This document shows positions 30,694-40,614 of a stretch of DNA of 64,000 nucleotides, piece after piece. The DNA is from Candidatus Bathyarchaeota archaeon (GTDB lineage Archaea; Thermoproteota; Bathyarchaeia; Bathyarchaeales; Bathycorpusculaceae), in the NCBI GenBank assembly GCA_963826715.1, contig CAWGYA010000008.1, positions 224,001 through 288,000 on the forward strand, given 5' to 3'. The notes under the pieces were generated by a model that made no database searches, was not told the DNA's origin, and was given only the letters and a program-made list of their open reading frames with translations. The translations under genes were made by a program, and so were the position numbers. Each line of letters starts with the position of its first letter. Position 1 is the stretch's first letter.

Positions 30694-31113
30694 GTTGAGT
30701 AAATTTGGGTGTGGGAGTAATTAGATTTTACGCTAAAACTTAACAAGAAAAAAATAACTAAGGTTTTTAGTTTTTTGAAGTTTATACGATTTTGTGTCAT
30801 TTAAGAAATATACTTTTTAATGTATATTATTCGTTAGGATAAAAAATGACAATTTAGTTGGTTCCAACTTTTCCTCAATGACCATAATTTTGCAGACCCA
30901 AACATAGAACTTGATAATGGGGTTTATGAGAAAAACACCCCATTACTAAATAGACATAGAAAAACAATGTAACAGCCTAAATCAAACCATTTCTTAAAGA
31001 AAGTAGCAGCAATTAAAGACTTAACAATCACTAAAAAAGAACCGCACAATTAGGGTTTAACTCTTAAAGAATGCATAAATGCCTTTTGAGAGGTTGACAG
31101 TCCTTAGCAAAAA

Positions 31114-31746
31114 TTAGACACCTAGACGTTTTACGTTATTTGCATAGAAATTATCGAGGATTTTGTGTCCTTCAGGGTGAATTTCGTTTTCAATAGATAT
31201 GCATTCGGGATGGAATTGCACGCCGAAAAAAAGTTTTGTTTTATGTTTGACGGCTTCGACTTCGCAACTTGCGGAGTCAGCCAACAAATTAAAGCCTGCG
31301 GCGTTGAGACTGTCTTTAAGGACGTAGTCTTTATTGCATTCTGCCAGGGGAACAGCTTGACCTCTTTTGAATCTGGAAAGTATGTCTCCTGTTTGGATTA
31401 TGTTAACCTGCTCGAAACGGTTAAGGATCGGTTGGGGCAGTGCTTCTGTTTTGGAGCCGAATGCCATGCAAAGTAGCTGATGCCCAAAATCTATTCCTAA
31501 AAGGGGTACTGTACAGGTTTTGATGAGATGTGTTACTCCGCCAAATTTTGCCTTATCTTGAGGGTTTGTTATTCGGGCGTCTGAACCGCTGAGAACTACC
31601 GCAGCGATATCACCTACCATTTGGTAGTCCTTCTCGATTTTATTATAGGGAACTATTTTGCAGATAGTAAAGTTGCTTAATGCGTCATACAATTGGTTGA
31701 TTTTTGAGCTTTCAATGTAGCAATTTACGAGTAAAGTCTTGGTCAT
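31114..31746 (-). CDS. class I glutamine amidotransferase-like protein lacking the catalytic Cys
   Basis: VLSGS, PLLGIDFGHQ (normally GICFGHQ), GVQFHPE. Confidence 0.85.
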   Translation of the reverse strand: MTKTLLVNCYIESSKINQLYDALSNFTICKIVPYNKIEKDYQMVGDIAAVVLSGSDARITNPQDKAKFGGVTHLIKTCTVPLLGIDFGHQLLCMAFGSKTEALPQPILNRFEQVNIIQTGDILSRFKRGQAVPLAECNKDYVLKDSLNAAGFNLLADSASCEVEAVKHKTKLFFGVQFHPECISIENEIHPEGHKILDNFYANNVKRLGV

Positions 31747-31748
31747 AT

Positions 31749-32621
31749 CTACTCCTCAGTTGACTGAAGCATCTTATACATCACGTCATAGCTTTTGCCA
31801 TATTCGCTGTCCGCCTTCGCCATTTTTGCTCTCAGCTTATTCATACGCTCAACTATAGTGGCTGAATCTTTTTTCTTCATCAACTCCAGCCATTCTTCGG
31901 CTTTGGTTATGAATAGTTCTTCGATTTTTTCCAGCCCAGCCAGTTTGGTTTGAACGTTGGCATAGAGGTCAGGGGTCTCTAAAGCGGTGGCTTCCGCCAG
32001 AGTGAAGAGCATGCGGTAAGTTGTGCCTGCAAGTCGTTTCGATTCGGGGAAGAAAGGCTGATCTATGAGGGTCTCGCATGCTGCTAACCCTAGAAAATGA
32101 GGAAACCCCAAGACAATTGACATAAGGTCATCGTGTTTTTGCGGCGACATTATGAAGACGTGAGCGTTTTCCTTCTCCAACCATTTTTTAAACTCCTCTG
32201 CATATGCCTCTTCTTGAGGGTTTGTAGGAGTCAGCACATACGCTTTGTGGGCAACACCTCTGCTTCCCGGACCAAAAACGGGGTGTGTTCCCAAAACCAG
32301 TGCTTTCTTGAGGTATCTATGCATTATGTTAACTGGATATTCTTTAATTGAGCAGACATCCATTATTGGTTGCCCTTGATGAATTGAAGTTGCAATTTTT
32401 TTAATAACTTCCTCAAAAGAGGAAATAGATACACAGATCATGACGCGGTCAGCACCTGATACTGCGGTTGGGAAATCTGCTGTTTCGACGCCCAACTCGT
32501 CTTTTAATTTCGCAAGCTTATCTGGATTTCGATCGGCGAGTACCACGACGTCGCCTTTCTCTTTGCACCATTTTGCGAACCAAACGCCCATTTTTCCCGC
32601 GCCTAAAACCGCGGTTTTCAT
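31749..32621 (-). CDS. tyrA: prephenate dehydrogenase
   Basis: GAGKMG Rossmann fold, DVCSIK, THPVFGP, HD..MS. Confidence 0.93.
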   Translation of the reverse strand: MKTAVLGAGKMGVWFAKWCKEKGDVVVLADRNPDKLAKLKDELGVETADFPTAVSGADRVMICVSISSFEEVIKKIATSIHQGQPIMDVCSIKEYPVNIMHRYLKKALVLGTHPVFGPGSRGVAHKAYVLTPTNPQEEAYAEEFKKWLEKENAHVFIMSPQKHDDLMSIVLGFPHFLGLAACETLIDQPFFPESKRLAGTTYRMLFTLAEATALETPDLYANVQTKLAGLEKIEELFITKAEEWLELMKKKDSATIVERMNKLRAKMAKADSEYGKSYDVMYKMLQSTEE

Positions 32622-33715
32622 TTAGCTGCCTCACTGATTTTATCGAGCGCTACCCTGATTTGGTCGTCAGGCGCGGTTAGACTTATGCGAAAGTGTTCAC
32701 GGTAGTCACCAAAAGATGTTCCTGGTGCAACAGCTACTCCTTTGTCGAGAAGGTCTAAAGTAAATTTTTCGCTGTCTAAACCTTTACGTTTGGGGAAGAC
32801 ATAGAAGGGAGCATCTGGTGCAGTAAATTGGAAGCCTCCCGCCGAAAGTTTGGCAGATGCAAGATCGGCGCGTTGCTTGTATTTTGCTTTTATGTTAGCC
32901 GCGATTTGTTCGCGCAACTCAAGACCTTTAAGTGCGGCGTCTTGGATAAAGACCGGAACATTGTTGAAGGTGATTTGGTTGAGTTTAGTGACTTTATCAA
33001 CTAAGGGTTTGTTAGCAACAAGGTAACCGATTCGCCAACCTGTCATCGTGAAGGTTTTGGAAAAGCCGTTTGAAAGAATATGTTTGCACTCATTATCATA
33101 ATCAAGGATACTCTTCGTTTCAACAAAGCTAATTGCACCATAAACTTCGTCAGAGAGCACGGTGACGCCTTTTCTATTAGCTATTTCCACTATCCCTTCA
33201 AGAGTTTGCGTGTCCATGACCTTGCTAGTAGGATTGTTAGGGTTATTTAGAATAATCATTTTGGTATCGCTGTCAATAATCCCTTCAAGCTTGTCTAGAT
33301 CTACTTTCCAACCTGTTTCCATCTCGGTTCGAAGCAGCTTAACATTAGCTCCAAAGCTTTTAGCAATTAAGTCATAAGCGGTCCAATAAGGCGTTGGGAT
33401 GATCACATTGCCGCCGTTTTTCAGCAACAGAAACATGGTGGAGAAAATTGCCCATTTTGAGCCGGGAGTTATGACAACGTTTTCTGTTTTGACGCCGTGA
33501 ACTTCAGCGATGGCTTTACGAAGCGATAGTTCGCCGTAAGAAGATGAGTATTTGGTTTTTCCAGCCTGCATGGATGCGTAGGCAGCTTGCACGATTTCAG
33601 GAGGCGTATTCATGTCTGGATCACCGAGGTTTAAACGAATTATCTTTTTTCCTTCACTTTCAAGCTTTAGGGCTTTCTCGTTTATTTCATACAACATTAG
33701 ATGACTACTCTCCAT
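32618..33715 (-). CDS. class I/II PLP aminotransferase (probable aromatic aminotransferase)
   Basis: GDPD, NNPNNPT, SDEVY, FSKTFTMTGWRIG. Confidence 0.9.
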   Translation of the reverse strand: MESSHLMLYEINEKALKLESEGKKIIRLNLGDPDMNTPPEIVQAAYASMQAGKTKYSSSYGELSLRKAIAEVHGVKTENVVITPGSKWAIFSTMFLLLKNGGNVIIPTPYWTAYDLIAKSFGANVKLLRTEMETGWKVDLDKLEGIIDSDTKMIILNNPNNPTSKVMDTQTLEGIVEIANRKGVTVLSDEVYGAISFVETKSILDYDNECKHILSNGFSKTFTMTGWRIGYLVANKPLVDKVTKLNQITFNNVPVFIQDAALKGLELREQIAANIKAKYKQRADLASAKLSAGGFQFTAPDAPFYVFPKRKGLDSEKFTLDLLDKGVAVAPGTSFGDYREHFRISLTAPDDQIRVALDKISEAAK

Positions 33716-33724
33716 TTAGAATTC

Positions 33725-33985
33725 TTAGTGTTGAACTGTGCTGCACATATTAACTATTTCTCGGTAGATCTGCTCAATTCTGTCAGGGTCTAACTTGAGT
33801 AGTTCAGCTCTTTCTCGGACGCGGCTGAAAACTTCATTTTCCCGAGAGATGTCGTGGACAGCTTTACCCTGCTGCTTCTTAACTTCTCCGATGGCGCGGC
33901 AGATTTTTACTCGTAAAACAATATCATGTAGGATTTGATCGTCGACTGCATCGACTTTTTCACGCAGATTTTCTAAGTCACCCAT
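33725..33985 (-). CDS. aroQ: chorismate mutase (AroQ type)
   Basis: LREKVDAVD, R..I...IGEVK, D.SRE..V. Confidence 0.9.
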   Translation of the reverse strand: MGDLENLREKVDAVDDQILHDIVLRVKICRAIGEVKKQQGKAVHDISRENEVFSRVRERAELLKLDPDRIEQIYREIVNMCSTVQH

Positions 33986-33989
33986 TTTT

Positions 33990-35102
33990 TCAACGCTCCT
34001 TTAGTACCTTTGGGATTTCACCTGAACGTATGAGATGATCCGCTAAGGTTAATGCTACTACAGCTTCTATAGCAGGCACCGCCTTGGGCACCACACAAGG
34101 GTCATGTCTGCCCTTAACACTTATACAGGTATTCTCCATAGAAGCCAAGTTAACCGTTTTCTGTTCCTTGGTAATCGAAGGTGTAGGCTTGATTGCCACA
34201 CGTATCACAATAGGCATACCGGTGGATAATCCACCCAAGATGCCACCTGCATTCTCAGTTGCGGTAACAATTTTATTTCCTTTAATGAGGAAAGAATCGT
34301 TATTTTCTGAGCCCCTCATCTCTGCAACTTTGAAACCAGATCCGAATTCAACACCCTTCACTGCGGGAACACAAAAAAGTGCCTTCGCCAAATCCGCATC
34401 TAAAGCATCAAACAATGGCTCGCCGACGCCAGCAGGCATGTTGAGTGCAACGCATTCGATTACTCCTCCTAAGCTATCCCCTGCCTCTTTGGCTGCAACT
34501 ATGGCTTCCTCCATCTTTTCTGCGCATTCCAAGTCAGGACATCTTGTTGATGCTGAGTTACGGTTTTTACGAATTTCTGAAACATGAAAGTCCTTGTGGC
34601 TCTTGATGGGCCCTATGGCTTGAGTGTAAGCCAGAACGTCTATGTTGTATCTGCCTAGCAGTTTCTTGGCGATGACGCCTGCCATGATAATTGCCACGGT
34701 TACGCGACCGCTAAAGCGTCCGCCTCCACGGTAATCGTTATAGCCACCGTAGCGGATTTTTGCAGGGTAATCGGAGTGAGCGGGTCTTGGAAGGTCTTTG
34801 ATAGCTTCGTAATCACTGGATTTTGTTTCCTTATTCTCTACGATAATTGTAATTGGTGCGCCTGTTGTGTAGCCTTTAAAGACTCCAGTGAGAATTTTGG
34901 GGATGTCTTTCTCAACCCTTGCCGAGACTATTTTGGGGTCCTCTGGTATACGTCTATCGAGTTCATTTTGGAAATCCGTTTGAGCAAGCGGTAGCCCCGC
35001 GGGGCAGCCATCCACGACGACACCAACAACTTCACCATGGCTTTCTCCGATACTAACTACCGTAAATTCTTTACCTAACGAGTTTCCCGCCAACAACTTC
35101 AA
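33990..35102 (-). CDS. aroC: chorismate synthase
   Basis: GESHG, PRPAHSD, RGGGRFSGR, KPTPSI, GRHDPC. Confidence 0.97.
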   Translation of the reverse strand: MKLLAGNSLGKEFTVVSIGESHGEVVGVVVDGCPAGLPLAQTDFQNELDRRIPEDPKIVSARVEKDIPKILTGVFKGYTTGAPITIIVENKETKSSDYEAIKDLPRPAHSDYPAKIRYGGYNDYRGGGRFSGRVTVAIIMAGVIAKKLLGRYNIDVLAYTQAIGPIKSHKDFHVSEIRKNRNSASTRCPDLECAEKMEEAIVAAKEAGDSLGGVIECVALNMPAGVGEPLFDALDADLAKALFCVPAVKGVEFGSGFKVAEMRGSENNDSFLIKGNKIVTATENAGGILGGLSTGMPIVIRVAIKPTPSITKEQKTVNLASMENTCISVKGRHDPCVVPKAVPAIEAVVALTLADHLIRSGEIPKVLKER

Positions 35103-36366
35103 CTCCTAACTGCTTTAGATGATGGAAGAACTGCGGATAAGACTTTCTGATGCACTCCGAGTGGGCAATTACGGTTTCGAATCTTGCCCCCAGTGCAGCC
35201 ACGGCGGCTGCCATTGCTATGCGATGGTCGTTATGTGGGTTGATAATTGCTCCATGTAGCGGTGCACCTTTAATGATCAAACCGTCCTCGGTTATGACTA
35301 CTTGTGCACCCATCCGCGTAAGTGCCTCATAAATTGAGGCAAGTCTGTCGGATTCTTTGATTCGAAGCCGCTTTGCGCCCGAGATATGCGAAGTTCCTTC
35401 CGCATAACAAGCCAAAACTGCTATTACCGGTACTAGATCCGGGATGTTTTTAGCGTCTACATCTATGGGTTTTAGGGATTTACCTGTTCCTTCGATTTCG
35501 ACGCTGCCATGGCATACTTTACCCTCAATGCCCATGCGTTTGAGAATTGTGAGAATAGCTTTGTCACCCTGCACTGTCGAAACGTCGAGATTATCAATGG
35601 TGACCTTTGATGCTGTTATAGCTGAGGCGGATAGAATAAAAGCTGCTGAGGAGAAATCGCCTGGAACTTTGTCGTCGGCTGCCTTGTATGATTGGTTAGA
35701 AGGTATGGTTATGAAGTTTTCTTCCACGCCCACAGTGATAGCATGTTTAGAAAGAACTGCTTCAGTCATTTTTACATAATCTGCTGATTCAAGAGGTGAA
35801 GAAAGCGAGATTTCGGTTTCTGTCTGAGCGAGAGGACAAGCAAACATCAAACCTGAGATGAATTGTGAGCTGATGTTTCCGGGAATCTGGGTTCTACCAC
35901 CAACAATTCCACCGCCGGCCAAAAACACCGCGTCAACATCTCCGACTTTCCCCACGTGTGCTTTAGCGCCAAGATCTTTGAGGCTCTGAAGCAACGGTTC
36001 CACGGGGCGGCGTTCAAGTGAACCCCGAAACAATAACGTTGAAGGTCCATCTGCCAACGCCGCAATGGGAATCATGAATCGCAAGGTGGCGCCTGATTCG
36101 CCGCAGTCGATTGCCTGGCTTGCGGCTTTAAGAGGTTTTGCTCCAGAGATTGCCCAGCAACCGTCTTCCGTCTTAACCTCTGCGTTCAATGCCATGACCG
36201 CCCGTAGCGCCGCTTCGGAATCCTCGGATAATAGGGGGTTTGAAATTTTGGATGTACCCTCTGAGAGGGCAGAGGCAATAACCATGCGCTGTGTATAGGA
36301 CTTAGATGAAGGTGCACAGATCTCTCCGCTGATAAACGGTGTTTTATTGATAGTTACGCTTACCAT
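35071..36366 (-). CDS. aroA: EPSP synthase
   Basis: SKSYTQR, GESGATLRF, SSQF, KESDR, DHRIAM, KSYPQF. Confidence 0.97.
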   Translation of the reverse strand: MVSVTINKTPFISGEICAPSSKSYTQRMVIASALSEGTSKISNPLLSEDSEAALRAVMALNAEVKTEDGCWAISGAKPLKAASQAIDCGESGATLRFMIPIAALADGPSTLLFRGSLERRPVEPLLQSLKDLGAKAHVGKVGDVDAVFLAGGGIVGGRTQIPGNISSQFISGLMFACPLAQTETEISLSSPLESADYVKMTEAVLSKHAITVGVEENFITIPSNQSYKAADDKVPGDFSSAAFILSASAITASKVTIDNLDVSTVQGDKAILTILKRMGIEGKVCHGSVEIEGTGKSLKPIDVDAKNIPDLVPVIAVLACYAEGTSHISGAKRLRIKESDRLASIYEALTRMGAQVVITEDGLIIKGAPLHGAIINPHNDHRIAMAAAVAALGARFETVIAHSECIRKSYPQFFHHLKQLGVEVVGGKLVR

Positions 36367-36368
36367 TG

Positions 36369-37238
36369 TTAGAGCACCTTAGCTTTTTCGTCGTTAAAAT
36401 ACGCGGTTAAAATTTCACCTTCGTACTTCGATAGTGCAGCTTTGACTTGATCCACTTTGTCTTTAGGAGATATTGCGGTTATGGCGGGTCCTTTGCCGCA
36501 AAGTCCAGCTGCTACTGCGCCTGCAGCCAAGGCGTCAACTGCGATAGTTGTGTTTAGGTTAGAAGCCGCTGAGTAAACAAGTCCGTTAAGTGTGAGCGCC
36601 TCCCAGAACTTATCCGCCATAGCCTGCTCAAAAGCCATTTCTACCAGCGGCTTCACAGTTGCCAACCTCTTCACGTTCGAGTTTGCTGTGTAGGCTTTCT
36701 GAGGTGGAATGTGAAATAGTACCAAAAAGCCCTGAGGCAACTCAATCTGTTTAATGATTGTGCAGTTTTGGTTATTTGTTACTACCGCACCGCCAAAGTA
36801 GGAAGCGCAAGCATCGTCAAACGCACCTGTTATTGTAACTTTGGCTTCGAATGAGGCTTTTATTCCGAGTTTAATTATTTCTATGTCGCCGAGTTGTTTA
36901 TCAAGCGCAGCCATAGTGGCGAGTACTGTTGCGTTTGCAGCAGCACTGCTACTTTTAAGTCCTCGCGCGATAGGAATGTTTGATTTGGTTTTAATTTTAG
37001 CCCCGAAACATTTCTCCAACCCGAAGTGTTTGATGACGTTTGCAGCTGTTTTTTCGACAAGTACCGTGTTTTCTTTAGGATCAGATATTATTTCAACTTC
37101 AATAAAACCTGGTTCGTTAGTCAGCTTCACATCTGCTCTTGTCCATAGATCTACGCCGAATGCGGCACCCTTGCCCAGGGCAATTGCGTTCACGATTGTC
37201 GCTGCACCATGAGCCACTGCAGATGCTTTTCCTACCAC
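36369..37238 (-). CDS. aroK: archaeal GHMP-family shikimate kinase
   Basis: TIVNAIALGKG, IPIARGLKSSSAA, ITGAFDDA. Confidence 0.94.
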   Translation of the reverse strand: MVGKASAVAHGAATIVNAIALGKGAAFGVDLWTRADVKLTNEPGFIEVEIISDPKENTVLVEKTAANVIKHFGLEKCFGAKIKTKSNIPIARGLKSSSAAANATVLATMAALDKQLGDIEIIKLGIKASFEAKVTITGAFDDACASYFGGAVVTNNQNCTIIKQIELPQGFLVLFHIPPQKAYTANSNVKRLATVKPLVEMAFEQAMADKFWEALTLNGLVYSAASNLNTTIAVDALAAGAVAAGLCGKGPAITAISPKDKVDQVKAALSKYEGEILTAYFNDEKAKVL

Positions 37239-37241
37239 TGG

Positions 37242-38102
37242 TTACACCTTCTGCTGTAAGTGATTAAGCGCAGCCTTCCTCATAACTTCAACAGGCGCTG
37301 ATCTTCCTGTCCAGATTTCAAAAGAGGCTACACCCTGATAAATCAACATCTCCACTCCGCTCACCACTTTGGCGCCTGCAGCTCGTGCGTCTTTTGTTAA
37401 CTTGGTTTCTAATGGATTGTAAACTATGTCCATGACGGCGAGGTTAGAACGAATCAGTTTAGGAGCCACCGGACTTACGTCAGATTTCGGTTTCATGCCT
37501 ATGGATGTGGCGTTGATCAGAATGTCGGAGTCTTGAAGTTGATTTTGGACATCTCGTTGCTCAAGCGAGCCGTAAGCAATTTTTTTGTTAAATGTGTTCT
37601 CTAGCAGTTTAGCTAACTCTTGAGCTTGCTTGACCGTACGATTTAGCACGGCAAGTTCATCAGCTTCCTTTGCCACGCTGTAAGCTATTGCTCGTGCAGC
37701 ACCTCCAGCGCCCAAAAGCAGAACTTTTCTTCCTTTTAGTTCAACACCATTTTCCTTAAGTGCTTTCATTGCACCAACCCCGTCGGTGTTAAAGCCAAAC
37801 AACATGTTTTCCTTGTTGAGGATTGTGTTAACGGATTTTATTATTTGCGCGGACAAGTCGATACGGTCCAGGTGCGCTATTACTTTGCTTTTGTGGGGCA
37901 TTGTGACGTTTAAGCCGCGAATGTTTAGTGCCTTTGCGCCGTTAATTGCATCAGCTACACCTTTTGCTTTGACTTTGAAAGCTAAAAACACGTAATCGAG
38001 TCCCAACTCAACGAAGGCTGCATTATGAATCACCGGACTTAGTGTATGCTCGATAGGGTCACCAATAACACCGCAAACTCGAGTTTTCCCCGACACCTTC
38101 AC
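37242..38102 (-). CDS. aroE: shikimate dehydrogenase
   Basis: SPVIHN, NVTMPHK, NTDG, GAGGAA, DIVYNP. Confidence 0.96.
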   Translation of the reverse strand: MKVSGKTRVCGVIGDPIEHTLSPVIHNAAFVELGLDYVFLAFKVKAKGVADAINGAKALNIRGLNVTMPHKSKVIAHLDRIDLSAQIIKSVNTILNKENMLFGFNTDGVGAMKALKENGVELKGRKVLLLGAGGAARAIAYSVAKEADELAVLNRTVKQAQELAKLLENTFNKKIAYGSLEQRDVQNQLQDSDILINATSIGMKPKSDVSPVAPKLIRSNLAVMDIVYNPLETKLTKDARAAGAKVVSGVEMLIYQGVASFEIWTGRSAPVEVMRKAALNHLQQKV

Positions 38103-38785
38103 GGCAACAACCCCAGCATTTTATATGCCAACTTCATTTCTACGATACGAATTTGTCCAACTGCAGTTTCGTTGCCGCCCTCCAGAGAGGCAAAGGTAAA
38201 GAAGGCACCAAACGCAGGGGAGAGCAAACGTGAAGTTTTTCCATGTTCTCCCATGCAAAAACATACAAGTTTAGCCTTGGCGGAGGCAAACGAAACAAAG
38301 CTTAGGATAGGGAGATTGTCTTCAATACGTTTGGCTGTTAGGACTATTTTGCAGACTGAGGCACCCCTGGCGATTTGCTCATCAAGAATGTGTTCCAAAG
38401 CAGAGACTGATAGGATACCATCGAATTTATGATAGGAAATAATGGGTTTAGCTCCTAAAGCTTTTATTTTGTTGACAGTTTCATCGCACATTTGGCTTGT
38501 AAAGTCCACATCAATGTATTGAAAACCGTTTTGGGCAGCGTTAAGAAGAGTATTCTGACGTTCAACATCAGAACCAGAGAAATAGCCTTTTTCGCTAAGG
38601 AGTTTACAAGTAGCGATAAGAGGGATTTTTGTTGTCGCTGTGAGTTCGGAGAGATCCTGCGCTTCCTCGAGAAGATCCAAGCGCACTTCGATTATATCAG
38701 CTTGGGCGCATTCCGCCTGTTCGATTAGAGTCTTTCCTTCTTTTTCAGTTTTGGGGAGAATCGAAACACAGATTCTCATGCTCAC
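38099..38785 (-). CDS. aroD: 3-dehydroquinate dehydratase type I
   Basis: IEVRLD, ISYH, CKIV, MGEHGKTSR, GQ. Confidence 0.93.
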   Translation of the reverse strand: MSMRICVSILPKTEKEGKTLIEQAECAQADIIEVRLDLLEEAQDLSELTATTKIPLIATCKLLSEKGYFSGSDVERQNTLLNAAQNGFQYIDVDFTSQMCDETVNKIKALGAKPIISYHKFDGILSVSALEHILDEQIARGASVCKIVLTAKRIEDNLPILSFVSFASAKAKLVCFCMGEHGKTSRLLSPAFGAFFTFASLEGGNETAVGQIRIVEMKLAYKMLGLLP

Positions 38786-39813
38786 TTTTCAATCACCGTT
38801 TCATCAGGCACCGATATTCCGAAGTGTCTGCCACCCTTCGCTGCCAAATGCACCACTACTTCATCGCCTGGTTTAAGTTCTGTAACTGGCTTGGAGGCAT
38901 CAGGGGTCACGACACGAATGGTTTCTGCATTTTGCAGAATCACCTTTATGGTTTTCTCGGCTACTTGCGCCTCGACAAGTATTAGGGGGCGGATTTCTAT
39001 TTTTATTCGACCCACATTAGCTTTGCGGGTTCTGCCCTCCCTGTTAACAATTATGACTTCGTCTCCTGCTTTGAATTCTTGGAGGTAACGTGTAGTCTGG
39101 AGATTACCCAATGTATACATTGACAAAGAACCAGCGTTCACTCGGAAGGGTCGCGATGCCACGTAAGGGTTCTCGTTAACTTCAGCTTCAACGAGAAACA
39201 AACCTGCACTTTGGCTGCCAACAAGCATGCCTTCGCCACTGATCATCATATCGCAAGTGTCTACGCAAACCCGTGCACCTGTACTTATTGGTTTAATTGA
39301 AATGATCTTTGCGACTGCCATTTCGAGTTTTAATGCCTCAGGTTTGACAATAGCAATAGTCTTGAAAATTTCTTCAGGGTCAGATGTCTTTAATAATACC
39401 CCATCAGTCCCAAGCTCGAGGGTTTCAATTGCCACTTTTGCCTCTTCTGCATTGGCTACTTCAGCTATTAATTTACTTGTTTTTTTAATTCTGGCAATTA
39501 AATTTTCCAAAGGGATAACACGCCAATTTGCACAACCAATAATCAAGTAACGAACACCTAATTCAGCAACTTTAACAGCTAAATTTTCAGTTTGTTTGTC
39601 AACAATGCAGAGCCTAAAAACAGCGTTGTTAATCTCTTTGCCCTCAAGATTTTCTGGTTGTAGACGTTTAATAGTAGTTGATTCATTGGTTTGGAAAAAA
39701 GTGATTTTATCACCTTCGACAACGGCGTCACAATAGGGAGCCACGATTGATAGAGTAGAAGCCCTTTCTTGCTCCGAGACTGTAGAAGGTATTTCTATCC
39801 AAAGGGTCTTCAT
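38782..39813 (-). CDS. aroB': 3-dehydroquinate synthase II (archaeal)
   Basis: WRVIPLENLIA, RVCVDT, RPFRVNAG, LQNAETI, RHFG. Confidence 0.95.
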   Translation of the reverse strand: MKTLWIEIPSTVSEQERASTLSIVAPYCDAVVEGDKITFFQTNESTTIKRLQPENLEGKEINNAVFRLCIVDKQTENLAVKVAELGVRYLIIGCANWRVIPLENLIARIKKTSKLIAEVANAEEAKVAIETLELGTDGVLLKTSDPEEIFKTIAIVKPEALKLEMAVAKIISIKPISTGARVCVDTCDMMISGEGMLVGSQSAGLFLVEAEVNENPYVASRPFRVNAGSLSMYTLGNLQTTRYLQEFKAGDEVIIVNREGRTRKANVGRIKIEIRPLILVEAQVAEKTIKVILQNAETIRVVTPDASKPVTELKPGDEVVVHLAAKGGRHFGISVPDETVIEK

Positions 39814-40601
39814 CGTTTATCTCCGAGAATTTTTTGCGCCTGCTCAACCGAGGCGTTTTCGTGAACTATGGAGGAGAGGGCCTTTACCATGAGGGTGGGG
39901 TTATCACATTGGAAAACGTTTCGACCAATAGAAAGCCCTGCTGCACCTGCCTTGATTGCATCTAATGTAGTTTCAAGAACTTCCACGGGGGATTTGCATT
40001 TGGGTCCACCTGCAATAACAATGGGCACAGGGCAGCTTTCGATTACAACTTTGAAGCTCTCTATGTTACCGGTGTAGTTTGTTTTTATAATGTCTGCGCC
40101 AAGTTCTGCTCCTATTCGAGCGGCATGAGCAACAACAGTGGGGTCGTGTTCACTTTGAATTCGAGGACCTCGCGGATACATCATCGCTAATAGAGGTAGC
40201 CCGTAGTGTTCACATTCTTCGCTAACTTTACCTAGGTTCGCAAGCATCTTATCTTCGTCCTGCGCGCCTATGTTCACATGGACGCTGACAGCGTCAGCTC
40301 CGAGGCGGAGAGCTTCTCCTACGCTGCAAACCTGTACTTTAGAATTGAGATTTGGTGCGAGATTTGACATACCTGATAGCATAACGATTAATCCAGCGCC
40401 ATCCACATCGATGAGTTTTGCAATGCCCTTATGGACTAGAATAGCATCGGCTTTGCCTTTAATGAGCTGGTTAGTAATATTTTGCATATTAGTTATGCCT
40501 TGGACGGGCCCTATTGTTACGCCATGATCCATGGGTACAATGACTGTGCGGTTATCTTTTTGCATAAGTTTTTTTAGTCTACGGGTTTTGCCTACGTTCA
40601 T
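39810..40601 (-). CDS. aroA': 2-amino-3,7-dideoxy-D-threo-hept-6-ulosonate (ADH) synthase
   Basis: PMDHG, AMMYPRG, ELGADIIKT, IAGG, GRNVFQ; adjacent to DHQ synthase II. Confidence 0.92.
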   Translation of the reverse strand: MNVGKTRRLKKLMQKDNRTVIVPMDHGVTIGPVQGITNMQNITNQLIKGKADAILVHKGIAKLIDVDGAGLIVMLSGMSNLAPNLNSKVQVCSVGEALRLGADAVSVHVNIGAQDEDKMLANLGKVSEECEHYGLPLLAMMYPRGPRIQSEHDPTVVAHAARIGAELGADIIKTNYTGNIESFKVVIESCPVPIVIAGGPKCKSPVEVLETTLDAIKAGAAGLSIGRNVFQCDNPTLMVKALSSIVHENASVEQAQKILGDKR

Positions 40602-40614
40602 GTGTCTTCCTCGT

